From positions 1 to 34,723 of the forward strand of contig JAYTST010000009.1 in assembly GCA_043745565.1 (NCBI GenBank): 34,723 nt of DNA. The letters are read 5' to 3'. The DNA is from a bacterium (GTDB lineage Bacteria; Patescibacteriota; Minisyncoccia; Phycocordibacterales; CALRBL01). Shown here piece after piece: positions 23,784 to 32,839 of the stretch (positions are counted from its first letter, which is position 1; each line of letters begins with the position of its first letter). The notes beneath the pieces are model-generated. The model was not told the origin of the DNA. It saw only the letters and a program-made list of their open reading frames with translations, and did no database searches. The position numbers and the translations under genes were made by a program.

Positions 23784-24252
23784 CTGACACCATCCCTGTA
23801 ATTGCGATAGCAATGGCGTCGTACTCATCGTCGTGTTTGATTTCTTTTTCAATGACAACCAGCTTTCGAACCATGTCAGCCACTTGTTTTTTATCTCCTC
23901 TTCCCCAACCTGCAACTGCTATTTTTACTTGAAGTGGAGTGAATTCGTAAATAGCGAGATTTTTTCTCATGGCTTCGTAAATCAACATACCACGCACTTC
24001 GGAAACTTTCATTACAGTTTTTTGATTATTGGTAAAAAAAAGTGTTTCAATAGCAAGTGCTTCCGGCGCGAATTCCAAAATAACACGCTCAACTTCATTT
24101 CCTAAAAGCAAAAGACGTTCTGCAAAAAGAAGTTTGGCTGAAGTTTTAAAACATTCCGAATACAGCACACACTCTTTCTTGTCGCCTTGTTTTTTTTCAA
24201 GCACAGCAATACCAAGTCGCTCGTATCCTGGATCAATTCCGATGATTTTCAT
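23764..24252 (-). CDS. ruvC: Crossover junction endodeoxyribonuclease RuvC
   Basis: MKIIGIDPGYERLGIAV, ALAIETLFF and DDEYDAIAIA catalytic acidic motifs; 162 aa. Confidence 0.9.
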   Translation of the reverse strand: MKIIGIDPGYERLGIAVLEKKQGDKKECVLYSECFKTSAKLLFAERLLLLGNEVERVILEFAPEALAIETLFFTNNQKTVMKVSEVRGMLIYEAMRKNLAIYEFTPLQVKIAVAGWGRGDKKQVADMVRKLVVIEKEIKHDDEYDAIAIAITGMVSGVKGHL

Positions 24253-24290
24253 GTGGCAATAATAGCAGATTGAGTTAAGCTACGAAAATT

Positions 24291-24833
24291 TTACTCAGCG
24301 TTCGTATACACATTTTGCACTTCATCGTTCTCTTCAAGTTCATACACGAGTGCGGTAAGCAATTCCAAATCAGCGTCAGAAAGTTCGAGAGTAGATTTGG
24401 GTTTGAGTTCGCCATCCACTTTTTCAAAAGCCCACATAACGCTGCCGATACCCGCCAAGGCCAGGCCTTGCTTGGTTAAAATATGTTTAATTTCTTGTGC
24501 CGCTTTATTGCGATTCTCTGTCATCGTTTCGATAATTATCCCTACTCCGCCCGGACCGTATGCTTCGTACATTATACTTTCAAGATCTTTTTCGTCTTTC
24601 GAATCACCTTTTTTGATGGCACGTTCAATATTGTCCGATGGCATGTTCGCCTCGCGGGCTTGTTTGATTGCAAACTGAAGACCTGGCGCGTCTTTGTTTC
24701 CTAATTCATTTACGTTGGCTTTTTTTGCTTCAACAGAAATCATGCGTGCAAGTTTGGTGAAGATTTTTCCCCTCTTAGCATCGGTTACTCCTTTTTGGCG
24801 TTTTATTTTTGACCATTTACTGTGTCCTGACAT
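24291..24833 (-). CDS. yebC: YebC/PmpR family DNA-binding regulator (short, 180 aa)
   Basis: MSGHSKWSKIKRQKGVTDAKRGKIFTKL N-terminus, YEAYGPGGVGIIIE, C-terminal DEVQNVYTN. About 60 residues shorter than typical members. Confidence 0.85.
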   Translation of the reverse strand: MSGHSKWSKIKRQKGVTDAKRGKIFTKLARMISVEAKKANVNELGNKDAPGLQFAIKQAREANMPSDNIERAIKKGDSKDEKDLESIMYEAYGPGGVGIIIETMTENRNKAAQEIKHILTKQGLALAGIGSVMWAFEKVDGELKPKSTLELSDADLELLTALVYELEENDEVQNVYTNAE

Positions 24834-25812
24834 ATTTTTTGTTTAAGTGTTTAAACCCTGCTTCTGTCACCTCACGCCCACGTGGGGTGCGTTCAAGAAA
24901 ACCTACCTGAAGTAAATAAGGCTCATTAAACTCTTCGATGGTTGCTGCTTCTTCTCCAAGCGACGCCGCAATGGTATTGATTCCAACCGGACCGCCACGG
25001 AATTTGTCGATGATAGTAAGTAAAATAGCCCGATCTGCTTCAGTAAGACCTTTATCGTCAATCTGAAGAAGCTTGAGAGACTGATCAACAATCTCTTTAC
25101 TTAACGTAATTTTCTTCACTTGAGCAAAATCTCGACAGCGTTTTAAGAGATAGTTTGCTGTTCGCGGGGTACGACGACTTCGTTTAGCAATTTCCTCAAT
25201 TGCAGAATCTTCAATATCAACCTCGAGAATACGCGCTGAACGTTTGATAATTTCTTTAATCTCGTCTACTGAATAAAATTCAAGACGAAATACCCCACCA
25301 GAAAAGCGAGAACGTAGCGGTGAAGAGATGAGTGATATACGAGTTGTCGCAGCGATTAGTGTAAATGCAGGAAGTTCAAGCTGAATACTTCGTGCAGAGG
25401 GGCCTTTACCAATAATAATATCAAGTACACCTGATTCCATTGCAGGATATAGTACTTCTTCGATGGATTTATTTAAACGGTGAATCTCGTCTATGAAAAG
25501 AATATCTCCTGGAGATAAATTAGTAAGAAGTGACGCCAAATCCCCCACTCTTTCAATGGCAGGACCAGAGGTTATTTTGATTGCGGCGCCTGTTTCTTTT
25601 GAAATAAGATGTGCTAAAGTAGTTTTTCCGAGCCCCGGTGGACCATAAAACAGAATATGTTCAGGAGGATGTGAGCGTTCCTTGGCAGCAGTGAGTAAAA
25701 TACTGAGATTTTGTTTGATATTTTTCTGCCCAATATACTCTTCCCATTTTTCAGGACGTAAGGTATAGTCTAAGTGAATTTCTTCTTTTAAAGAGGGGGT
25801 GTTGACAGACAT
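24817..25812 (-). CDS. ruvB: Holliday junction DNA helicase RuvB
   Basis: LRPEKWEEYIGQ, Walker A GPPGLGKTTLA, Walker B FIDEIHRL, sensor ATTR and a C-terminal winged helix. Overlaps yebC by 17 nt. Confidence 0.95.
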   Translation of the reverse strand: MSVNTPSLKEEIHLDYTLRPEKWEEYIGQKNIKQNLSILLTAAKERSHPPEHILFYGPPGLGKTTLAHLISKETGAAIKITSGPAIERVGDLASLLTNLSPGDILFIDEIHRLNKSIEEVLYPAMESGVLDIIIGKGPSARSIQLELPAFTLIAATTRISLISSPLRSRFSGGVFRLEFYSVDEIKEIIKRSARILEVDIEDSAIEEIAKRSRRTPRTANYLLKRCRDFAQVKKITLSKEIVDQSLKLLQIDDKGLTEADRAILLTIIDKFRGGPVGINTIAASLGEEAATIEEFNEPYLLQVGFLERTPRGREVTEAGFKHLNKKYVRTQ

Positions 25813-25866
25813 ACTATTTTATGATAGGATAGTAACAAGTTAAGTTGTGCTACTTACAATTCCATA

Positions 25867-26030
25867 TCGACACGATAAATCTCTAAGCAATTATGTTGCC
25901 TCGGTAACGTATTGGTGTTTTTTGAAGGACGTTCTGGTTTACACCTCGTGTGTTTGCTGTGACTATCCTGAAGACCGCATCTCACTTTTTATTCACATTA
26001 AAAGCATTGCTTAGAGATTTATACTGTCGA
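25867..26030. repeat. 164-nt element bounded by 25-nt terminal inverted repeats
   Basis: tcgacacgataaatctctaagcaat (25867-25891) against the reverse complement of attgcttagagatttatactgtcga (26006-26030): 23/25 match. There is no ORF between the arms. Confidence 0.7.
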
Positions 26031-26197
26031 TTTGACCTAAAACTCCTACCTAAAGCATAGTCTTATCTATCGTCTGCGTCAATTGACATAGGGTGATTTT
26101 TGCATTGCAGAAATCTTTATCATAAGTTGCTTGCACAAAAAACAATGTGTGATACAAATAATTAAATTTATTTAAATAAAATAACAAATAGCGAAAT

Positions 26198-26377
26198 ATG
26201 ACTGACGAATTAGATGAAAAAGATCCGGAGCTGGAGGAAGATTTTGATCCAGCAAAAGCAAAAACAGCAATTCTTCTTGATGATGCTTTAGTTGAAGATG
26301 AAACAAACTTGGATGACTTTGAAAGTGACGTCCCGGTTGAAGATGAAGATGGGGGTTTTAGTCAATACTCATTTTAA
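26198..26377 (+). CDS. Possible small, very acidic protein (59 aa, below the track cutoff)
   Basis: ATG...TAA ORF MTDELDEKDPELEEDFDPAKAKTAILLDDALVEDETNLDDFESDVPVEDEDGGFSQYSF, 28 nt upstream of the PBP gene. No obvious SD. Confidence 0.3.
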   Translation: MTDELDEKDPELEEDFDPAKAKTAILLDDALVEDETNLDDFESDVPVEDEDGGFSQYSF

Positions 26378-26405
26378 ATCACGGTTTTCGTGGTAGGATA
26401 AACCT

Positions 26406-28637
26406 ATGTTAAGAGCCTTTAAAAAAGAACTTATACACTTACGCAAGCTCCCTTTAAAGTTTTATCGCTATCTCCACAAGGAAAAAGGTTTGGTTAAGAA
26501 TATAATCATAGGACTTATTATTCTCGTTATTTTTAGCGGTAGTATTTTGGTGCTTTGGGCTGCAATGCTTAAAACTCCCGACTTAAACTCTTTCGATTCA
26601 CGTCTTGCCGGACTTTCAACAAAAATCTATGATCGCACGGGTGCAGTTCTTCTGTATGATGTAAACCAACAGGTACGCCGAACCGTTGTTCCTTTTGAAA
26701 CCATCTCACCTTATCTTAAGAACGCTACCATCTCTATTGAGGATGAGGGTTTTTACAAACATAACGGGATTCAATTTACCTCAATACTACGAGCGTTTAT
26801 TGCCGATCTTTTCACCCTTAAATTTAGCCAAGGAGGCTCAACCATTACTCAACAAGTAATTAAGAACTCCCTTCTTACTACCGATAAAACTATTTCAAGA
26901 AAACTAAAAGAGTGGATTTTGGCTATTAAACTAGAGCGGAGTGCTGATAAAAACTTCATTCTCAACCTTTATCTAAATCAAACTCCTTATGGTGGAAATA
27001 TATATGGAGTCGAAGAAGCAAGTAGAGCCTTCTTTAAGAAAAGTTCCTCTGAAGTAAGTATCTCTCAAGCCGCTTACATTGCAGCTGTTGCTCAAGCACC
27101 AACATACTACTCCCCTTTCGGTAAACACCGCGAACAACTTGAGAATCGTAAAAATATCGTCCTTCAAAAAATGGAAGAAAATGGATATATCACTAAATTA
27201 CAGTACGAAGAAGCTCGAAAAGACGTGGTAGTATTCGAACCAAAAGCAACCAATTCCCTAAAAGCACCTCACTTTGTGATGTTCATCAAAGATTATCTAG
27301 AAAAGAAATACGGTGAAGAGGCAGTTCTTGAGGGTGGATTAAAAGTGATCACCACTCTTGATTACAGCATGCAATCAAAAGCAGAAGGGATTGTTAAAGA
27401 CTATGTGGTTACAAACCAAAAAAAATTAGGTGCTGAAAATGCAGCACTCGTGGCTTTGGATCCTAAAACAGGCCAAATATTAACCATGGTTGGTTCACGG
27501 GATTATTTTGATACTGCAATCCAAGGTAATTTCAATGTTACCACTTCTCACCGACAGCCTGGATCTGCCTTTAAACCCTTTACTTATGTTACAGCTTTTA
27601 ACAAAGGTTACACGCCTGACACTATTTTGTTTGACGTAAAAACAGAATTCAACACCAATTGTTCTGCCGACGGCTCGGTTCTTGTTTCAGGTTCTCACTG
27701 TTATCATCCACCAAACTATGAGGGAGGCTATAAAGGCCCTATGACGATGCGTGCAGCACTTGCTCAGTCTCGAAACATTCCCGCAGTTAAAACACTTTAT
27801 CTTGCTGGAATTGAACAAACACTGGATACAGCAAAAGCATTTGGTATTCAAGGATTAAGTAATGCTAATCAATATGGACTTTCTCTTACACTTGGAAGTG
27901 CGGAAGTTTCTCCGCTTGATATCACAAGCGCTTACGGAGTTTTTGCAAACAATGGAGAGCGCAATCCCTATACTGGAATTCTTAGTGTTTCCGACAAAGC
28001 TGGAAACAAACTTGAAGAATTCAAGGCCTTGCCTCGCCGGGTTTATCCAGAAGAGCCTGTGCTTCAGCTTAATAATGTACTTTCAGACGAATATGCGCGA
28101 AACACCATATTTAAATTAAGTTATATTCCACGAAAGATTGCTATTAAAACAGGAACCACCAACGATTCTCGTGACGCGTGGATCATTGGCTACACTCCAA
28201 ACATCGCAGTTGGTGCGTGGATGGGAAATAATGACAATCACAAAATGGCGCAAATTGCTTCCGCTTCTATTGTTGGACCGCTTTGGCAAAAATTTATGAA
28301 TGAGGTTGTATTAAAGGATCTACCTGTAGAGAGTTTTAAACCTCCCCAGCCCACCGATCAAAGTATAAAACCCATTCTCCGTGGCGTTTGGCAACTCGGC
28401 GAGGTACATGACATTCTTTATTATGTAAACAAAGATGATCCACAAGGAGCGTACCCGACCAACCCCGCGAACGATCCGGAGTTTTCTCTTTGGGAAACAG
28501 GCGTACAAAACTGGCTTCTTGCTAGTGGATACTACGTTTCTGTCGCCACAACAACCGAACAAACAGCCACCTCAAACACACAAACATCAACCCCTCCAAT
28601 AGTGGTTCCTCCCGCTTCAAGCACGGTATATCACTAG
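26406..28637 (+). CDS. ponA: Class A penicillin-binding protein (transglycosylase/transpeptidase, PBP1A type)
   Basis: N-terminal TM helix. GT51 motifs EDEGFYKHNGI, GGSTITQQ and RKLKEW. Transpeptidase motifs SAFKP (SxxK), SRN and KTGTT. Confidence 0.9.
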   Translation: MLRAFKKELIHLRKLPLKFYRYLHKEKGLVKNIIIGLIILVIFSGSILVLWAAMLKTPDLNSFDSRLAGLSTKIYDRTGAVLLYDVNQQVRRTVVPFETISPYLKNATISIEDEGFYKHNGIQFTSILRAFIADLFTLKFSQGGSTITQQVIKNSLLTTDKTISRKLKEWILAIKLERSADKNFILNLYLNQTPYGGNIYGVEEASRAFFKKSSSEVSISQAAYIAAVAQAPTYYSPFGKHREQLENRKNIVLQKMEENGYITKLQYEEARKDVVVFEPKATNSLKAPHFVMFIKDYLEKKYGEEAVLEGGLKVITTLDYSMQSKAEGIVKDYVVTNQKKLGAENAALVALDPKTGQILTMVGSRDYFDTAIQGNFNVTTSHRQPGSAFKPFTYVTAFNKGYTPDTILFDVKTEFNTNCSADGSVLVSGSHCYHPPNYEGGYKGPMTMRAALAQSRNIPAVKTLYLAGIEQTLDTAKAFGIQGLSNANQYGLSLTLGSAEVSPLDITSAYGVFANNGERNPYTGILSVSDKAGNKLEEFKALPRRVYPEEPVLQLNNVLSDEYARNTIFKLSYIPRKIAIKTGTTNDSRDAWIIGYTPNIAVGAWMGNNDNHKMAQIASASIVGPLWQKFMNEVVLKDLPVESFKPPQPTDQSIKPILRGVWQLGEVHDILYYVNKDDPQGAYPTNPANDPEFSLWETGVQNWLLASGYYVSVATTTEQTATSNTQTSTPPIVVPPASSTVYH

Positions 28638-28888
28638 CAAATATCAATTACACCAAGTTCTGGTAGTTCTTTTTGTATTCGTTTAATAATCACCTCTTTT
28701 TTTGTAAAAATTGAGAATTTAATACAAGAACTATCAGTAAAAGAGATCCTTCCCTTCTTAAAGGTGAGTGATTTATCAGGAAGAGGGATTTTTATCTCAT
28801 CACTAATTATTGCCTTTATAGAATCTACAATGTCTCTAGGGTTTTTAAGACTTGCAAACTTTTCGAGATAGATCGAAAGATTAAACAT
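28634..28888 (-). CDS. DUF721 / DciA-like small protein
   Basis: 84 aa, directly downstream of dnaN. The KSLTFKKGRISFTDSSCIKFSIFTKKEVIIKRIQKEL pattern resembles DUF721. Confidence 0.45.
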   Translation of the reverse strand: MFNLSIYLEKFASLKNPRDIVDSIKAIISDEIKIPLPDKSLTFKKGRISFTDSSCIKFSIFTKKEVIIKRIQKELPELGVIDIC

Positions 28889-28913
28889 TACTTTTATTAC
28901 AACTATTTATTCC

Positions 28914-30017
28914 CTACTTATTCATTGGCATCACTAAATAAAAAAAACTTTTATCGTTTACACCTCGAATCACAAGCGGACGATTAAGACCATCAAAAGA
29001 AAGAGATATACTCTCTGTGTCAATTGACTGAAAACAATCGAAAATATTTTTATAGTTAAAACTTATCTGTAAATCTTCACCTGTAAGTGCGCCGGAAAGA
29101 CTACTAATATTTTCTCCTACATCAGTGTTCTTGGTTCTGATCTCAAACTTCTTTTCTTTTGGAGAAACAGAAACAACAACACGATTGAAAGAATCAGAAA
29201 AAACATGAGCAAGCTTAAGAGTGTTAAGAAAATCTTGCTTTAAAACAATAACTTCTGTCTTAGTCTCTTTAGGGATAATTTGCTGATATGAAGGAAAATT
29301 TCCTTCAACCACACGTGAGATGAGATAAATTTCGTCTAAAGTAAAGGAAATCTGGTTTTTATCAAGAAAAACCTTTATTAACTCATCTTTCTCTTCAAGA
29401 ACTCGGCAAATATCAGCTACGTTTTTCAAAGGGATGAGAATTTGATCAAAATCTACCTTCTCTTTTATTTTAATCTTCTTTTCTGCTAATCGAAATGAGT
29501 CAGTTGCAACAAAAACTAAATTATCCTCTTCTGGATAAACATAAACACTTGCAAGTTCGGGCTTTATTGTCGACAGAGAGGCACTGTAAGCAACCGAACG
29601 TAGACCTTTGCAGAAATCCTTGGAATTAATTAAAAAGCTCTTGTCGGCGGATATACGAGGAATGAGAGGAAATTCTTCTGCTTGCTGTAGTTTAAGTGTT
29701 GAAGACGATTTTTCAGAAGAAACATGAAGGGTTTCGTCTTTTTTTTCAAACTTAAGACTTTTTTCTTTATCAAGATGAGTGACAAAATTTCCAAGTGTTG
29801 TTGCTGGAACCACAACAAAACCTTCTTCTTCTAATTTAATAGGCATGGTTATTTCTATACCAAGATCGAGATTTGTTGCTTTAATGGTTAGTGTGGAATT
29901 ATTACCTTCCAAATAGACACATTTTAGAATAGGGCTAGAAACAGAGCCTTTTGCCGCTATTTTCTCAGCCTTACTAAAAGACTGAGCAAACCGATCTTTT
30001 ACGCATTCGAATTTCAT
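28914..30017 (-). CDS. dnaN: DNA polymerase III beta sliding clamp
   Basis: 367 aa, three-domain length. MKFECVKDRF...L..A......S.PIL N-terminus and C-terminal LVMPMN. Positioned after dnaA. Confidence 0.9.
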   Translation of the reverse strand: MKFECVKDRFAQSFSKAEKIAAKGSVSSPILKCVYLEGNNSTLTIKATNLDLGIEITMPIKLEEEGFVVVPATTLGNFVTHLDKEKSLKFEKKDETLHVSSEKSSSTLKLQQAEEFPLIPRISADKSFLINSKDFCKGLRSVAYSASLSTIKPELASVYVYPEEDNLVFVATDSFRLAEKKIKIKEKVDFDQILIPLKNVADICRVLEEKDELIKVFLDKNQISFTLDEIYLISRVVEGNFPSYQQIIPKETKTEVIVLKQDFLNTLKLAHVFSDSFNRVVVSVSPKEKKFEIRTKNTDVGENISSLSGALTGEDLQISFNYKNIFDCFQSIDTESISLSFDGLNRPLVIRGVNDKSFFYLVMPMNK

Positions 30018-30232
30018 GACACGAGTATACTATTAATAGTTTTTTTTTGCTATAAAAGAAAGGGACTACTACTTAAGACTGTGGATAAGGGGATAACTCT
30101 ATTTTAGTAAGTAAATAAAAGGGTTATTGGAAGTATTTAAAAGGAAAACATTATAAAACCAGTTAACTTAAAAGAACAACTCACCACTTGTTAGAAAACA
30201 TCCACAAGTTGTTAGTACTTATCAACATGTTT
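30018..30232. promoter_or_regulatory. dnaA-dnaN intergenic DnaA-box cluster with AT-rich tracts (oriC candidate)
   Basis: Perfect box TGTGGATAA at 30080-30088. Degenerate boxes at 30088-30096 (aggggataa), 30198-30206 (acatccaca) and 30219-30227 (ttatcaaca). Long A/T runs at 30030-30060 and 30100-30170. Confidence 0.6.
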
Positions 30233-31576
30233 TTACAAAAGAAGCAGCTTTAATTCTTCCAACTCCTGTAAGAGATTTGCATCGGTCTTTATACCGCTTT
30301 TAATTTTTTCACACGAATGGATAACGGTTGTGTGGTCTCTACCTCCTAATTTTTGACCTATGAGTGAGTAAGAAACGTTGAAAAACTCTCTAAGGATAAA
30401 CATAACTACCTGTCGAGGTTTTACTACTTCCTTTCGGCGCGATTTATCAAAAAGGCTTTCCTCTTCAATATTGTAGAAGCCTGCTACTATTTTAACCACC
30501 TCTTTTACTGAAAGGTTTTTGGTGGGACGTTTATTGGATTTAATGAGATTTTTAATTTCAGACATGAAAGGCTCCCTCCCTTTTGTTTCCACATAATGAA
30601 GAATATTATTGAAAGCACCTTCTATTTCACGAATGTTTCCTTCTAAGTTAAGAGCGACATACTCCACAATTTCTTTACTAAGTTGAATATTATGGATTCC
30701 TGCCTTCTTTTTAAGGATTTCCATACGGGATTCGTAGTCTGGCTCTGGGATGTCTACAATCATTCCTGCAACAAAGCGAGATTTCAGACGGTTTTCAAGG
30801 TTTGGAATATAATTAGGGTGAATATCAGAAGAAAAAATGATTTGTTTGTTGTTGTCGTAGAGATAGTTGAACAGGTGAAAAAGTTCTTCTTGGGTTTTTT
30901 CTTTATTAACAAGAAACTGAATATCATCCATTATAAAAACATCATATTTGCGATACTTTTCTTTAAAGAAATGAACCTTGTTTGATTGAATAGCATCAAC
31001 CATTTCTTGTGAAAAACGCTCAGATGTTATGTAGAATATCTTTTTACTTGAACCTGTGTGTTTGATATGGTTTCCCACCGCTTGCATTATGTGGGTTTTT
31101 CCAAGACCAGTCTTTCCGTATATGAAAAGTGGATTATAAGCCACTGGCTTATTGATAATTGCCTGGCAAGCAGAATAAGCTAGTTCATTGAAAGGGCCTA
31201 CAACAAAGGTTTCAAAGGTATAGCGAGGGTTAAGATTGTCTTCTTTATTAACTAAAGACTTTTCAAGCGGCAGTTCGTTGGTATTTTTGGTGGTAGGAAT
31301 TTCTTTTTTGTTTTGTGTTGGAGTGCTTTTTTTATCCGACACTACATATGAGATCGATCTAATGCTTGAATCAAGATTTCGCAGGATACGAAGGAATGTA
31401 TTGTTGTATTTATCAACAAGCCAAGTAATAACAAAAGGATTTGGTACTCCAACTGTTATAATTCCCTCTTCCCTCTTAACTATATGAGTATCTTTGAACC
31501 AGGTATTAAAAGAACCAGGAGATACGGACAATTCAATTTCTACCAAAAGACTTTCCCATAATTTTTTGTCATCCAT
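30233..31576 (-). CDS. dnaA: Chromosomal replication initiator DnaA
   Basis: Walker [12 protein letters not shown], Walker [10 protein letters not shown] and C-terminal DNA-binding signature [23 protein letters not shown] at 31576 ([11 protein letters not shown]); the track uses an upstream GTG at 31603 that lies inside a DnaA box. Confidence 0.95.
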   Translation of the reverse strand: MDDKKLWESLLVEIELSVSPGSFNTWFKDTHIVKREEGIITVGVPNPFVITWLVDKYNNTFLRILRNLDSSIRSISYVVSDKKSTPTQNKKEIPTTKNTNELPLEKSLVNKEDNLNPRYTFETFVVGPFNELAYSACQAIINKPVAYNPLFIYGKTGLGKTHIMQAVGNHIKHTGSSKKIFYITSERFSQEMVDAIQSNKVHFFKEKYRKYDVFIMDDIQFLVNKEKTQEELFHLFNYLYDNNKQIIFSSDIHPNYIPNLENRLKSRFVAGMIVDIPEPDYESRMEILKKKAGIHNIQLSKEIVEYVALNLEGNIREIEGAFNNILHYVETKGREPFMSEIKNLIKSNKRPTKNLSVKEVVKIVAGFYNIEEESLFDKSRRKEVVKPRQVVMFILREFFNVSYSLIGQKLGGRDHTTVIHSCEKIKSGIKTDANLLQELEELKLLLL

Positions 31577-31655
31577 ATGTTCAAATAGTATATCGTTATC
31601 CACAGCCTTGTCTAACTTGTGGATAGGAGGGTGTCTATGTTATAGTCTTCACACT
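31577..31655. promoter_or_regulatory. dnaA / rpmH divergent promoter region with DnaA boxes
   Basis: Perfect TTATCCACA at 31596-31604 and TGTGGATAG at 31618-31626, in inverted orientation. Confidence 0.6.
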
Positions 31656-31790
31656 ATGTCACAAACATACCAACCAAAGAAAAGAAAACGAGCCAAGACT
31701 CATGGTTTTCTCGTGCGACAAAAAACAAAGACTGGAAAGCGGGTTATTGCTCGACGCCGACAGAAAGGACGCAAAAAGTTGGCTGTATAG
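31656..31790 (+). CDS. rpmH: 50S ribosomal protein L34
   Basis: [44 protein letters not shown]; 44 aa. Internal ATG of the track ORF 31494..31790. Confidence 0.95.
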   Translation: MSQTYQPKKRKRAKTHGFLVRQKTKTGKRVIARRRQKGRKKLAV

Positions 31791-31797
31791 GCCTAAC

Positions 31798-32091
31798 ATG
31801 AGTGCTTTTGATGAAATCCTAAAGAGGGGAAAGAGATTTCAGACCCCTCTTTTTTCTGTCGTTTTTGAAAAAACAGAACCATTTCGTATTGCTGTGGTGA
31901 TTTCAAAAAAAGTCGCTAAAAAAGCCGTTCTTCGGAACAGAAATAAACGACTTATTCGCCATATTCTTAGAGAATTGAAGGGTGTTTTTACCGGAACATG
32001 TGTTGTTTATATTAAAAAAGATATTTCACTTATGGAGCATGCTTTATTAAAACAAGAAGTAGAAAAGCTTATGTTATACTTTAATCACTAA
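31798..32091 (+). CDS. rnpA: RNase P protein component
   Basis: ISKKVAKKAVLRNRNKRLIRHIL (RNR motif), 97 aa, directly after rpmH. ATG at 31798. Confidence 0.85.
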   Translation: MSAFDEILKRGKRFQTPLFSVVFEKTEPFRIAVVISKKVAKKAVLRNRNKRLIRHILRELKGVFTGTCVVYIKKDISLMEHALLKQEVEKLMLYFNH

Positions 32092-32095
32092 AATT

Positions 32096-32839
32096 ATGAC
32101 CGCATTATTTCACCTTTTCTTTTACAATCCACTTTATAACGGTCTTGTCTTCCTCCTCGCACATCTTCCTGGCCATGATATTGGCGTTGCTGTTATTTTG
32201 TTCACAGCATTTGTTAAACTCCTTCTCTTTCCACTTTCAAAAAAAGCCGTCGTTACTCAGATGAAACTTAAGGAAATTGCTCCCGAACTTGACCGACTGA
32301 AAGAAAAAAATAAAAATAATAAGGAAGCTCAAGCGAAAGAGATGATGTTGCTCTACAAAAATAATAAAATTAACCCATTTTCAGGGCTTTTGTTGGCGAT
32401 TATTCAGATTCCAATCATTTTGGCACTTTACTTCATCTTCTTGAAAGGAGGTTTTAACTCAATAGATACAAGTATTCTTTATTCTTTTGTTAAAATTCCG
32501 GAATTTGTTACTACACACTTTCTTGGTTTATTAGATGTCAGTAAGCCTCAACTTATTTTAGGCATAATTGCTGGTGTCAGTCAGTATATTCAGGTTCAGT
32601 ATTCCGTTCCCGCTATCAAAAAGGTAGAAAACCCAGGTTTTAAAGATGATTTGGCACGAAGTATGAATGTTCAGATGCGTTATGTTCTTCCCTTCTTTGT
32701 TTTCCTTATCTCGTTTCGAGTCTCAGGCGCAGTGGCACTTTATTGGATTACAGGAAACCTTTTTACTATAGGTCAGGAATTGTATATGCGAAAGCATCTT
32801 GAGAAAAATAAAGTTACATCTTCAAACTCCAGAGAGTAA
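32096..32839 (+). CDS. yidC: Membrane protein insertase YidC (short Oxa1-type form)
   Basis: Five TM segments, a Lys-rich helical hairpin (LKEIAPELDRLKEKNKNNKEAQAKEMMLLYKNNKINP), and a conserved position after rnpA. Confidence 0.85.
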   Translation: MTALFHLFFYNPLYNGLVFLLAHLPGHDIGVAVILFTAFVKLLLFPLSKKAVVTQMKLKEIAPELDRLKEKNKNNKEAQAKEMMLLYKNNKINPFSGLLLAIIQIPIILALYFIFLKGGFNSIDTSILYSFVKIPEFVTTHFLGLLDVSKPQLILGIIAGVSQYIQVQYSVPAIKKVENPGFKDDLARSMNVQMRYVLPFFVFLISFRVSGAVALYWITGNLFTIGQELYMRKHLEKNKVTSSNSRE

